Assembly (NCBI GenBank): GCA_037379345.1
Contig: CM074514.1
Coordinates: 27,032,001-27,096,000 of the forward strand
Source: Perna viridis
Lineage: Eukaryota
Direction: 5' to 3'
Length of the DNA stretch: 64,000 nucleotides
In this document: piece after piece, positions 36,288 through 49,827 of the stretch
Numbering within the stretch: position 1 is the first letter of the stretch
Layout of the letters: each line of letters begins with the position of its first letter
Position numbers and translations under genes: made by a program
Notes under the pieces: model-generated
What the model saw: the letters and a program-made list of their open reading frames with translations, nothing else
The model's database searches: none
What the model was told of the DNA's origin: nothing

Positions 36288-36686
36288 TTTTTGTCCCCAG
36301 GGACGCGTCGCGAGGGGACATGGAAATGCCGTCCGTCCGCGTTTTCCGCACTTTCTTGTTATGCTTTTACCAAATAAGTTTGTTTTTGGTATGTGGCCTT
36401 ATTATGAAAAGTTACAGATTACGTTCGACTTTGGTTACGGTTGAATGATTTTTAAGGAAGTTACGGCCCTTAGAAAATTTCAGCGAATTTACAGTTTTCC
36501 GCACTTTTGTTTGTAATGCTTTCACCAATTGATTTTAGATTTTGTAAGCAGTCTTACTATGAGAATTACAGATTAAGTTCGACTTTGGTTAGGGTTGATT
36601 GATTTTTATGGAAGTTATGGCCCTTGGAGTTAGTAAATTTCAGTGAATTTAAAAGTTTTCTTCACTTTTTTTTCGCGGGGGACATT
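36288..36686 (+). mobile_element. Non-autonomous Helentron-type (HINE/pearl-like) element with two ~160-bp internal repeats
   Basis: 5' tttttgtcccc...gcgaggggaca inverted motif, gtccgtcc microsatellite, a tandem dimer (gttttccgcacttt...gttcgactttggtta...gaagttatggccctt) and 3' gcgggggacat. Confidence 0.75.
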
Positions 36687-36750
36687 GGAACACTGTTCTG
36701 TTATTAAAGTTACTTTCTCTTCTAAGTAAGTTATAATATTTCTTTCTTCT

Positions 36751-39700
36751 CTTGAAAATGAATATTTACGTTTCAGCAACAATTACGAATATATTTGCCT
36801 TATGGGCGACTTCAACTCAAGGGTTGCAGAAGCTAACGACTATAATGAAATTGTTTATGACGAGTTCTCGGGCATGTTAGAAAGTCAAACTAATGGTTCA
36901 GAAATTCTGAACGAATTGAATGGACCATTAGATAGAACTAATTGTGACAAAATAAGGAATAATTTTGGTAACTCCCTACTAGAGTTCTGTAGAAACAACT
37001 CTTTATTTATAGTTAACGGTAGAGCTGGAGATGATAAAAATGTTGGAAATTTTACTTGTAAAGGAACTAGTGTTGTAGATTTTGTTGTTTGCTCTCCAGT
37101 ATTTTTTAGCATTATAAATGAGTTTTCAATTTTAGATTTTAGTAAGTTATTGTCTGATGTACATAATCCTATCCATCTTGTTTTGAAATGTATTAGTAAA
37201 CCAAATGAAATGGAGCAAGAAAACGTATCACTGATCAAGAAAACTAAGAGATGGGATAATGAAAAAGCTGGCGACTTTCAAAATTATTTAAATACTCAAA
37301 ATATTGATATTATTTTGCAAGAAATAGAAAATGTCAACATGAACAATATTGACAAAAATATTATTAATGGGCTCGTTCAGAAAGTTGGTGAAATTCTGAC
37401 AGATGCTGCCGAAAATACCTTTGGAACATATATTCCTTCTAATAAGCAAAATAAAAAGAAGAAAAATGATAAACCGTGGTTCAATGCTGATTGTAAATTA
37501 GCTCGAAGGCGTTATAAACGTTCAAAACGTCAATTTAGAAGTATGAAAACAGAGGCTTTGAAGAATCAAACAAAGCGACTAGAAAAAGAATACAAATCCA
37601 CTTTGGATGTTAATATAAAATTACACAGGCAGCAGTTAAAAAGGAAATTAAATAATTTGAAAACTAAAAACCCAAAGGAGTATTGGAAAATAATAAATGG
37701 TTATAAAAAGAAAAAGTCACCAGATATTCAAATAGAAAGTTTATTTGATTTTTTCAAAACCCTTAACATGAATCCACACAATGATGATTTTGATCTACCC
37801 GAGGTAGATGTTGTAAATGAACAAATTAATCATACTATTTCTGATGAAGAAATAGAACAAGCTATAAAACGCTTGAAAAATGACAAATCGTCAGGTGACG
37901 ATAATATTGTAAATGAATATTTGAAATATTCATTCTCTATCATGCCTAATGTATATGTTAGATTATTTAATATCATTTTTGATAGTGGCATTGTTCCCGA
38001 TGAGTGGCTTCTTGGTAATATTATACCAATCTATAAGAACAAAGGAGACCAATTCGATCCAAAGAATTTTAGGCCTATTACTATTATAAGCTGTTTTGGA
38101 AAATTGTTTACCTCTGTCTTAAACTATAGATTGAACAAATTTTCAGAAGAAGTGAACCTGATATGTGAAAATCAGGGAGGGTTTCGACCAGGATACTCAA
38201 CGATAGATAATTTATTTGTTCTGAATTCCCTTATTGATCTGATAAGTCAATATAAGAGGAAGAAATTATTTTGTTTGTTTATTGATTTTGAAAAAGCTTT
38301 CGATAAAGTTTGGCGTCTTGGTCTCTGGAATAAAATGTTACTAAACAATATAAATGGTAAAATGTATAATATTATTTTCAACATGTATAGTAGTATTAAG
38401 TCGAGAATTTTATACAATGGTAGTATGTCTGAATACTTTGAATGTAATATTGGTGTTAGACAGGGAGAAAATTTATCTCCTTTCTTATTTGCCTTATTTT
38501 TAAATGATTTAGAACAATTCTTCGTAGAGACTGATGTTAGGGGGTTGAACAGCCTATCTGATGAGATAGGTGATCAACTCAACATATTTATCAAACTATT
38601 CTTACTTTTATATGCTGATGACACAGTGTTATTAGCAGAGACAAAAGAAGATTTACAGTTTCAAATTGATAAATTTTTATGAATATTGCACTCAATGGAA
38701 ACCGTATGTTAATACTAATAAAACAAAAGTAGTCATTTTTTCTTCAGGTCGCATACCTAGAAATACACTTTTTTCATATAACGGTAATGCGATTGAAATT
38801 GTTAAAGAATTTTCATACCTCGGTCAATTATTTTCAAGATCAGGCAGTTTAACATCAGCGAAAAAGATGAATGTTAAAAAGGCTACCATAGCTATGTATG
38901 ATGTTCTTAAGAAGGGTAGACTACATAACCTGTCAATACGAGACCAATATGACTTATTTGACAAGATAGTAAAACCTATTCTTTTATATGGTTGCGAGAT
39001 ATGGGGCCACACTAACTTAGACATTATTGAGAGGGTTCATTTGAAATTCTGTAAGCTATTGCTTAACTTAAAGAGGAGCACGCCAAATGTTATGATATAT
39101 GGTGAGCTCGGTGCTTACCCTTTAGCTGTTCAAATTAAGTCTCGTATGATGGGATATTGGTCTAGACTCGTAAATGCCAAATCCAGTAAACTTTCAAATG
39201 TACTTTATAGATATATGTATGAACTATATATTCAAAACATATTTAAATCTCCATGGGTTAACATGATTAAAAACACTCTAGATAATTGTGGGTTTGGGAA
39301 CATTTGGCACATTCAGTTTGCGGGAGGTTTTCATTCAGAGTGGTTTACAAAATCTATTAGTCTGCGATTAAAAGACCAGTTTCAACAAACATGGAGATCC
39401 GACGTAGAAAACTCGCATAAATGCTTTTGTTATAAATTGATTAAAGAAAAATTTGAATTCGAAAACTATTTAGATATTTTGCACGAAAAGGATGCTATTA
39501 CTCTGTAGATTCAGAGTAGGCAACCATAGACTACCAAACGAAACAGCAACTTGGCAAAACTTTGATAACTCAAGTTTATGTACCTTATGTAATAATGGAG
39601 AACATGGAGATGAGTTCCATGTCATTTTCCAATGTCTCCATTTTTCGGACACGAGGAAGCAATTTTTAAACAAAAGATATTTAGAGCGAGTGAATGTTCT

Positions 39701-39993
39701 GAAATTTAGAGATCTGTTTCAGACAAAAAACAAGCATGAATTACGAAACCTATGTAAATTTGTTAAACTCATCGAAATTGATTTTAAAAATGTTTCTCAA
39801 GGTTAGTCCTCTACAATGCCACTATCTGAAATTTGTCAAAATGTGTTAAAATGTTATTTACTTAATCTTTTTTTTTCTGTTATCTTATTATAGTTTCCAC
39901 AATTGTCATGCGCTGAATATTTATGTATTAACTGTATTGTCTTCTCTGTACTGTAATGGTGTTTAGAGAATAAAAGAATCTGAATCTGAATCT
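36751..39993 (+). mobile_element. 5'-truncated CR1/L2-clade LINE: C-terminal APE, RT, Cys/His motif and 3' tail
   Basis: GDFNSR, SVVDF, SDVH (APE). FRPITI, QGGFR, FIDFEKAFD, GVRQGENLSP, LYADD (RT). CTLC...DEFHVIFQC. Only two frameshifts (~38675, ~39500). AATAAA at 39969 is followed by (GAATCT)3. Confidence 0.93.
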
Positions 39994-40300
39994 TCTTTTT
40001 CTACTGTTCAGATGGGCCTAATTAAAGAGCCGCCACCCCGTGCCTTGTGCGGATTCCCAGCCATATTTGAGCCAAACCAGCGACTTGACTAATCAGCAAC
40101 CGTTATTTTTTCAACAGTTTCCAATGTTACGCGACTGGTTGTCCTTGATTAGCTTTCAATAATTCATCTCGTCTCGAATGTGAGACGGGAATCATCTTAA
40201 ATCTATGGAAGCGGGGAAAGTAAACTTAAAGAAACCTAGATGAGCGTCTGTAATTTTCGTAACTTAATACTAGCTGAGTACTACGCACAACTACACTGAA
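39994..40300 (+). repeat. Dispersed repeat, target of the LINE insertion; uninterrupted homologue at ~53115-53440
   Basis: ggcctaatt.aagagccgcca...ttgtgcggattccca...gccaaaccagcgacttgac.aatcagca occurs in both. 36705-36750 matches 53115-53165. Confidence 0.75.
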
Positions 40301-42289
40301 CTCCCTCCTCTATCCAAAGATGTATTTGTTTTTTCAAAGCTTTTTATGTTATTTAGTAAAACAGGAAATTGTTATTAGATTTGCGGATGAGGAGATTTGT
40401 ATTAACTTTGGATACAGTGCATGCGATTCCAGTCCTTGTTTTTAATTATTTCGGTCTGTATATCAGTATATAAGCACGAAGTTTCACTGGGCTGCATATT
40501 TTATTGGGAGCAATATTCTTGCAACTTCAGTACAATGAGACGTCACTACAAGAAATAATATACAGCGAGTGATACTATATCATGTGTAAACTGTAAGAAC
40601 AATCGGAACCATAAAGTTGCCAATACTTGTAAAGATACCGTTGCAATATTCTGGTGTAAATCTTAAGACTGAAATGGACTGATTCAGAAACTGTATTGCA
40701 TTCTTATATTGCTTTTGTTCATGACATTTTAAAAGGATTCTTGCGTTGTATTCGATCTTTTTGTCTTTTACGGCTTGAGTCCTTGCCGTTGAATAACCAC
40801 TTTCGCTTTGCACTCAGATTTGTTATTAAGAAGCGACCCTTACAGCACATGCGCGGACTAAGGTCACCAGAAATTATATACATGCATACGAATTTAATTA
40901 GGTCGATTTTTTTTGTCTTGCAAGACAATAAATATATATAAACACCTATTTCATGTATTTAATGCATTTTATCTGTGTATATCAAATGAAATTATACAGG
41001 AAAAGTACAATTTAGTAGAAATAATTCAAAGTTAAGGCATATTTCAACAGAAGCAAAAATTAACGAAAATGACAATAAATGCACTTTTAAAATCGTTTTT
41101 TAATGTCAAAATGCCTTTTCTTCTTGTAATATTTATTTATTATCTGTATTGAAAACGAAAAAAGACATATCTTATCTGACTTTTTATACACTTTCAGCTT
41201 TCTGTACATTTTATCATTCTTTCTAAAAGCGAGAGATGTTATTTAAGCCCCACGATTTGCAAGTCTTCAATTTGTTTCTGCAATAAAAAAAAACTGTAAA
41301 CAGACAAGGTAGAAGCGAATGACAGGTAATGTGCAGAATGCATATCGATGTCGGTTTTTGTTCAATTTTATTTTTATTTCATCATAATTTTTGGAAACCG
41401 CCTAAAAAAACCTTCTTTAAAATAGTAATTTCATATTAAGTATAAAAATTAGAAAGTTTTTCATTTACAGAATTAGTTGAAAAAAAATAATGATTACAAT
41501 TTATGAAATTTAAAAATTAAGGAATTATGATTTAAACAGTAGATTCTATAGCGGTAAGAAGTCTAGCGCGGCACCGAAAGTCTGCGTAGTTACAGCTAGC
41601 TTTGGTTTAACTTTTGGGTTCTGGTATGAGAACTACATACGCAGGTTCTGAAGCAAATCAATGATCTACCTTCCATTTCCTTAACTAGTTTCGGAATTAA
41701 CAAAGATTTGTTTTGATAGGTGTATAGTATACATTTTGGGATCGTATAGTTTCCGGAATTACTTGCATAATTTTTTTTCATAAGTCGTTACGTAATTTTT
41801 TGTGTCTTTCTAGTATAGTGTCCATAAAAAGACGCATTTTATTGCAGGGATTTAATGACGTATCAAAAAATTTCTTGCAAAATATGGTAAAGTGCAACAC
41901 ATAAGAAACTACATTTTTATCCGAATTATTTAAATTTCCAAAGTAAATCTAATCGTACCATATGTACAGTTCGCTCGTATACCGACCACGTTGTAGCCAA
42001 ACCAGATCGTGTATGTGCATTTTTGTTGATATCAATGACCTTTTGGAATATTAAAGAAGAAATGAAGTTAAATCATGTAAAATCATGTATATACAAACAC
42101 AAGAAAAAATGAAATTATATTTTCATATGTTAAACTTTTATCTGGGAAAACAACTCATTTAGCAAATACCATAATTATGGTGTAATACGACGACTGCACC
42201 ATCGCCAATTCACTGCACTTTTTATAAAGAAAATATATTTTGTTTTATATTTATTAACTTAATTACATGCCATTGTTTGGTCGCGGCTG

Positions 42290-44511
42290 TATGTTACTTT
42301 TAGGGGAAAAATAGGCGGAATAGGCAGGCAGGAATGTAAACAACGTCCGGTCATATATGTAAAATTATTATGATTCCATTGCATTTAAGAGACTATTTCT
42401 GTTCTAAAGTGATCTTGGAAGACTCAGTGACATTTCTGATGTATATATAATGCGTAAAAATAAGTCAAAGGGAGGAGAAAGGAATAATAGTTCAGATCAA
42501 ACAGGTTTGACCCCACCGGAGAAAATGGCCTCCACAGGAACACACTTACAAAACACGAACACTTCTCAAGTAATAGCCCAAGCAAATGAATCGATATATG
42601 GTACTTTGAGCCCACAACATGTATTACAAGATGTTTCATATGTACAACAAACGTTTCCGCTGCCGCAACCTCAGCCAACTTTTCCAACTCTATTACAACC
42701 CTCTTCATCTCAACCAATGTACCCACTTCAAAGCACACCAGTCCATGCATCCCCTAGCCAAACTGATACAAAACAGATACCTCCTGCTTCCCAGAGATTG
42801 TCGCCTTCCCAGCCTATCGACCTGAATATGACACTTCAGAGTATTATTGCCAATATGAACACTATGAATGGTAAATTAGAAAGCCTTAACAATGCAAACA
42901 ACTTTATTCAACAGAAATTACAAAAACTCGACATTCTAGAAGAAATTGATAAAAAACTGATTACCGTTGAGGAAAATATTACACAAATGAAAACAGAAAT
43001 TACCGACATTAAAAACATTCAGGAACAACAGGCTAAAACAATTCAGAACGAAGAGCGACATCATCATGAAATTGAAGATAGAATGCGATACTTAGAGGGT
43101 CAAAACAGGAAACTAGAAGTCGAAAAAAATGAAATATATGAACAATTCCTACAATTCCAAACACACTCGATGAAATATAATTTGATATTCACTGGGTTGA
43201 ACGAGGCAGAGGATGAATCCAGAGAACAAACTGAACATATTGTGAAAACATTTATTGATAAAGAACTAGAAATTGAAAATGCGAATGATATACAGTTTCA
43301 GAATGTGCACAGACTGAAACCACGTAATGATGGTAAACCCCGTAGTATCATTGCGCGATTCATAAACTATTCTGATCACCAGCGAGTTCTACGCGAAGCT
43401 TCCTTAAAACTGAAACTTAACCCACAACACTCTGTCTACCATTAGTATCCTCAAGAGATAAGTGAAAGACGAAGAGCCCTTGTCCCAAAACTTAAAGAAT
43501 TTCAAAGATGTGGTCATAATGCAAAAATTGTAAACCAACAGTGCTATATACCCGAACCCCATGGTGACCCCCACATTCCTGGACAGACATAAGGTCAACA
43601 GCTCGGACACACATGAACGGCTATAATGAAATGATTTTAAAATAACATTTATAAATGTATGTGGACTTAAATCAAAATTATTAAACATTGATTTTTGTGA
43701 TATGATTAAATTGTACGATATCGTATGTATATTAGAATCCAAACTAGACAAATATGATGTTCTTATCGTTCCAGACGGTTATGATTATGTCATGAAAAAT
43801 AGAAAATTGGTAAAAAGAAAATCTGGGGGTATAGTAAATATTTACAAAAAGTCGTTGTCAGAGTACATTACATTTTTAAAATCAGAATCCGAATTCGTTC
43901 AGTGGTTTGAGATTCATTCAAAATTTACAGGTCTATCAGAAAAGGTTCTTTTGGGTTCGGTTTATATTCCTCCAGAAAACTCAAAATATGCATCTGAAAA
44001 TGCGTTTGATGAAATCTAATCAGAACTTATATCATTGTCATCGAAAAACGCAAATTATGTTTCCCTGTTTGGCGACTTTAATGATCACACTGGCACTATG
44101 CCTGATCATGTCGTATCTGATGTTGATTTGCTCGACAATTTAGGTTTTTTGAACGAATTAGATGATGACACAGTAAAGAAAATGTACTCCTATCAGGTTT
44201 TACTTCATAACAAAATAACGTTGGATAGAAGCTCCCAAGATACAGGTAGAGCCAACAACTATGGTAAAAAAAATTATTGACTTGTGTGAAAGGTGTTCTC
44301 TATATATAGCCAATGGCAGAATTGGATTAGACAAGCTAATTGGAAAAACTACGTGTAAAGATATAAGTCTTATTGACTATTTTTTGTTACCATCTGATTT
44401 GTTTAATTATGTAAATACCTTCTCTGTTTTGGAATTTGATCCGATGTTCTCTGATGTCCATAACAGAGTTCATTTTTCTTTTTTCATTTCAAATGTGAGC
44501 AAATAAATCCA

Positions 44512-44543
<32 letters not shown>

Positions 44544-45792
44544 GTCTAATGATAAATCCTTTGTTAAATGGACCAGTTAATAAATGAGTAAGAGATTTCC
44601 GCACACCTTAGGGAAATTCAAGCTAGACTCGATGGCCTAATTGTAACAGATAATGTCACGTGTGAACAGGTAAACAATATTACGAATGATCTTGTTTATG
44701 CAAGAGTTACGTAAACATTCCAAATCTGACTCGAAGAAATATTGGAACATTTTGAATAGACTCAATAAATTGTCTAAAGACGAGCTCGACATACCTGTAG
44801 AATTTTTTTATGAATACTTTAAAAATCTTAATGCAGATAATGTAAAGATGAACCTTATAATTATGAGATCGATGATGTTGATCTTCAACTCTTTGTCACA
44901 AATAACCCTCGTATTGATGATATTAATAATGGGCCAGTAACTGAAGATGAGGTAAAAAGGGCAGTTTCCAAATTAAAAAATGATAAAGCACCGGGGGTAG
45001 ATGGTGTTATCAATGAATACATAAAAAGTATACCACCAGAGTATATACTTTTATTTTGTAAACTCTTTAATGTGGTCTTTGACTCTTCAATTATACCCGA
45101 AAACTGGCTAATCGGAATTATAAAACCAATTTATAAAAATAAAGGCGACAAATTCAACCCAGATAATTTTAGGGCAATCACACTTATTAGTTCCTAAATT
45201 ATTTAATTCAATTTTGAACGATAGACTGAACGACTTCTCATGCGAATTTCACTTGATCTCTAAAAAATCAGGAGGGATTTAGGAAAGGACATTCAACAAC
45301 TGATAATATATTCGTGCTTCATTCTCTGATATCCTTATATTTGTCCTCTGGGAAAAAACATACAGTACATTCATCGACTTTAGAAAGGCGTTCGACACTG
45401 TCTGGAGGACAGGACTATGGCAGAAACTCGAGAGTAGTAATATTAAGGGAAAATGTTTCAAAATTATCTACAATATGTATAATAACATAAAATCCTGTGT
45501 CCAATATAAAAAATGAAAAATCTAATTTTTTCCCTTGTTTAATATGAGTTCGACATGGTGAGAATTCTTGTCTTCTCTAGTATCACTCTATTCCAAAAAT
45601 TGGTATATTATCTTTATTTGACCTGTTTTTCTTTATTTAATGTATTTATGTATATATCTGTATGCTTTGTTATCTAATTTCATGTAAATGTTTATGCCTG
45701 TCTGTTTTGTCATTTTTGTATCATGTATATATTATGTCCTCATGTAACACATAACATGTCTCGGAGTGTAAATAAAAGAATCAGAATCAGAA
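42290..45792 (+). mobile_element. Degenerate near-full-length CR1/L2-type LINE with ORF1, APE and an internally deleted RT
   Basis: ORF1 42450-~43520 (coiled coil, NLIFTGL, VHRL, KPRSIIARF). APE (CILESK, SGGI, VYIPP, GDFN, LIDYF, SDVH). RT N-half (KAPGVDG, KPIYKNKGD, FIDFRKAFD) ends ~45570. Tail AATAAAAGAATCAGAATCAG. Many stops; 5' boundary approximate. Confidence 0.88.
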
Positions 45793-46149
45793 AAAAATTA
45801 TTTAAAATTAAATTAAAATTAATCATTCAATATAAGTTTAAAAAGCGCACAGAAGTTGTTCAATATAAGCAAAAATGGCACACACACATAAGAATACTAT
45901 AAGCACGCAAGGAATCATTGTTCTTCAATATAGGTTCGTTATTCATCACGATGGCATACAAGAAATGAAAAGTTCATTGTGCACACAAGCATCTTAAGTA
46001 ATATAAATTTTTCGGCACAGTTGAATTACGGGCTGTTGTACTTGACTCTGGGATCAGTATCAAGACAACAGTTCAGGGTGACTTGAATCTGTGCCGCGCT
46101 TTCGTTAAAGGTCAGAGCATGACTACCGCTGTTAATATTATTTCTTTTA

Positions 46150-48940
46150 AGGCTTGGAGGCTATTTAAGAATACATAACTACCAATGTGTGACAGGTGAA
46201 CCACATCATTGGACCATAAATTTTGCTCAGTTAGTTTCAAATCTGGTTACTTGATATAGGCCTCCTAGACATTATATGAAAATTTGCTCCATAATTATTG
46301 GGTCTGACCCTCCTGTTCATTGCGGTGTTATTCTCAGAATATCTCCAGTTTTGTCTTGGGAGCATTTGTGAGTAGATTATTCTAGTGTTTGGCATAACAT
46401 GTTTTAAAAAGTTCAGAACACTTTCCGCCAGGTTTCGTGTTTTCCATAATGAAATTTCTCACCAGTCGTTTCCACCGCAGTGCAACACTAGATAAGATGT
46501 GGAGTCTGTAAAGCGCAAGATGTTTCGGACTCTGTTTTTAACTTGTTCCAAGTTTCATAACAGAATATCCCTGCCAAAGGACATTTACTCCTAAACTGGT
46601 CAGCCCTAATTAGGTTCCACCCTGTCTTGCTCTTACATGTAACCAAGCTCGTTTAATAATAGAAGATCCAAGGATCCATAGCGAAGAGTGACCTAGAAAA
46701 GTTATTAATTTGGACGAATATACGACATGTATACAGATGATTTCCAACGGCCCATAGCTTTTATATCATCTTTTGATCTGCCCGCAACTGACACGGCTGT
46801 CTCCCCCCCCCCCACCAGGCGAAATGAATGGGACTTTAAATTGAATGAATCGATTATTGCATGTGTCAATATTTTATGAAGTAAGGCAGAAAATTGATTT
46901 TTAGTGAAGGGTTCACGTTTAAAGTGGCAAAACAGGGGGCCATTTGTTGGTGGTCTTACGGCTAGTTATTGTTGCATCGCGTCAAAGGGACAAATTGACA
47001 AATTAAATTACCCACTTTTTTAAAGCTCAATGGAAACTCCTTTACCAGTTTGGTCAGTTTTGGAGCATCTCAGAAAGGTCATGAATGTGCTAGTGTCTAG
47101 GTTCATGTTTATGTCGTTTATCGCCAAGATTTGATTTACATCTTTTCCTTTTGTTTTTGTTATTTCCCCAAATCTAAATAAACCCTAAAAGGTAAGGGGA
47201 AATGCTGCTTTGAAAAATTTACTCTCATATACATTGCGGCATACACCGGACAGTTTCAACATAATTATGGAAAGTACATCGTCCGTAATTGGGAGCCTAG
47301 CATCGGATTTATGTTTAAGTCTTTTAAGTCCTTCTAACATATTTTTGTACAATAAAATTACGAGTTGTCATAAAAACCTTTAATTTTACATTTGAAACCA
47401 ACTGCCAGGTTATAGGACTTGGCGGGATTGGCAGATAAACCTTTTAGGGACAGGTACGTATTAAAATGAACGATCGTTTCAAGTTTATGTGCATGGCCAA
47501 GATTTAGCTATTTTTGCAAGGATATAAACTGGTCAAAGGCAGACAAGCCTGTCTCGTATGATTCAGTGTATTGTTTGAATATGCGCCCTCTCTACAAGTC
47601 TGTTGGCTTCATGCTCCAAATCTACTAAAGACAAATTTCCGGGATTTTCTCTGGGGTCTTCACAGCGTTTGGTGCTAGCCCTCTGAAGCGGGTCCAATCC
47701 TATCGAGAGATGAAATCGATTATTGAGTTTAATTTACCCTGCGAGAAGCTCGAAAGATTATGTTGTTTTGTAACATGTACAGGACAAATACTCTCTTAGT
47801 TTTATTACCCGCTTCGACCTTGAGGTGTGTGAATTGATTATTTCAACAAGACTTTTATTGTCAATAAAGAGCTTTATCTTTTTTTTATTTTGAAGGCGTG
47901 CACACCAAACTGCCATTGCTAACACCACGGGAACGAATAATAATAATAATAATGATAATGATAATAATAATAATAAATTTATTTATTAGCGTGTCACGCA
48001 TTGATCTTACAATAAATATAAACATAGACAATTACATTAAATTAAAGATCAACACCCAGCCTTATTAGACTTGTGAGACACTATTATATACATATATAAA
48101 AAAAACACATTGTAATAACAAACTAAGAATTTGAGCAAAAAAAATCAACCTTGAATGAATATATGTAAATTTATCATTTTAGAAAAATTTCAATAACACC
48201 AATTAAAAAGCCAACCAATACTTTATTAAAACTAAAGATATGATGTTTTAAATCAAACTTGATATAATTATTAAAACTAACGATAAAAAGTACTCTAAAT
48301 TCTACTTTGTAAAATAAATGTAAAAATGGACATATTTAAAATATGGCATATCAATTTCTTATTCTTATATATCGTCCTTAGCCCCCTCATTCAAGCAGAT
48401 TTTATGATATGGATGACTTGCCTTAATAGTAAGATCGTAAAAACGCCTATTGAACGCGCGCCCGCATCGAATTGCCTTACAAATGAAGTTTAATGAACCC
48501 ACGAGTGACTGAAATTTTTTAGGGTTATCTTTTCTTGATTTAAATAGAATTTAAGGTCCCTCAACAAAAAATTCACGTTCTGATCAGTAACTCGTACCTG
48601 TCGATTATAAGCCCAAGAAACGTGAGAACTGTGACCGGGCCTTCATTTTTTTTCGGTTGCGATGGGCACGCCGAATTCTGTACAAATATTAAGAAAGCAT
48701 TCTCTCAAAATTTGACAACTGTTTGAATGTTCGGTTCCTGCGAAAATATACTCGTCAAGGTAATGATCTAAAGTGCTTAAACCTGACCATTTTTCCATTT
48801 CCAAATGTAACAAGGAAGCGAAGTTTTCCCATGTTTTGCATGAAATAAAGAGCCCAAACGGCATGCACTTTTCTATATTTCGTAAAACCAAGAAGGTTAA
48901 AAATCCCCAGGAATATACTCGGAGTAAATGGAATGCAATT
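46150..48940 (-). mobile_element. Degenerate Ngaro-like tyrosine-recombinase retrotransposon: RT, RNase H, recombinase, SGNH hydrolase ORF
   Basis: RT MPFG..SC..WE.F...HYLDEYIFAG (48870-48730). RNase H FVPVVLAMAVW...FIDNKSLVEIIN (~47935-47830). Recombinase KSHSFR...IKAMGRWKSSVYMSYIR (~46840-46710). SGNH blocks WILGSS, LHCGGND, DVVHL (46680-46190). Confidence 0.82.
47937..48400 (-). mobile_element. Insertion between RT and RNase H, resembling a LINE 3' end with an (ATT)n tail
   Basis: AT-rich block that interrupts the Ngaro-like frame. On - it ends in AATAAA-like motifs followed by ~13 ATT units. Confidence 0.5.
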
Positions 48941-49489
48941 TTTATGGTTTAATATTTTTAGCCTGGATTCCGATCATGTAATGTTGGATTTGTGGATTAA
49001 AATTTTACATAAATTACATTATAGTTGGAATGAAAACGACTTTTTGTTGAATTTATAGTATAATTCTTCGTAAAAGTTTTATCAATTTGTAATGTTGCCA
49101 TTACATTCAACATACAATTTAAAGCCTTTCAGTCAATATTTTAGCACAAATTCCCAATACTTCACATTGAAAGGTTTATTCAGGTCTGTGTTCAAGAATA
49201 AGGTTCCATATGTTTGCTTATTTTACAAATCTTAAAAATGAAACATCAATGTATTGATGCGTATCTGTCAAAAGTTTGCAGAAAAAGAGACCGGAAATTC
49301 GCGAGCGATCCCTTTTATATTGATAAAGGAAAGTAACTCGCTAATAGGTACCGATTTTGCGCCTTTACATTAATGACCAATGGACAGTTTCAAGCAGACG
49401 AAGGACAATTCAATCGCGTTTCGTGATAAATACATCTCTTCTGTTAGTCGAATAAATGCAAATATGAAAACAAATGCCACGTTATTTTT

Positions 49490-49805
49490 ATTTTTTGTTC
49501 AGATAGAGTTACAGACCACATAACTAGTCTTAAGTTTTCATTTGGTTGTTGCGCTTACATTGATTGTGTACGAAATTGGCACTTTACAGGAGTTATCATT
49601 CTTGATTTGGTTTGATTTGGTTGGTTTTAGTGGGTGATGAATGTATGGTTTTCTCAAAATGTGAAGATCAAAATACAAAAATGACTCTCGTTATATGAAA
49701 TATATATGTAGACCGAAAAACATCATTTGTTCGGTGGGTTTTTCCACACCATGAATCACCTCTACCATAGGCAGTGTCTGAATTTTATATGGACTGGTAC
49801 TTAAG
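49490..49805 (+). repeat. Dispersed ~330-bp repeat, copy 2
   Basis: Homologous to 25530-25868; ends ggactggtacTTAA. Confidence 0.75.
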
Positions 49806-49827
49806 TTAAATTGTTTTTTTTTTCACT

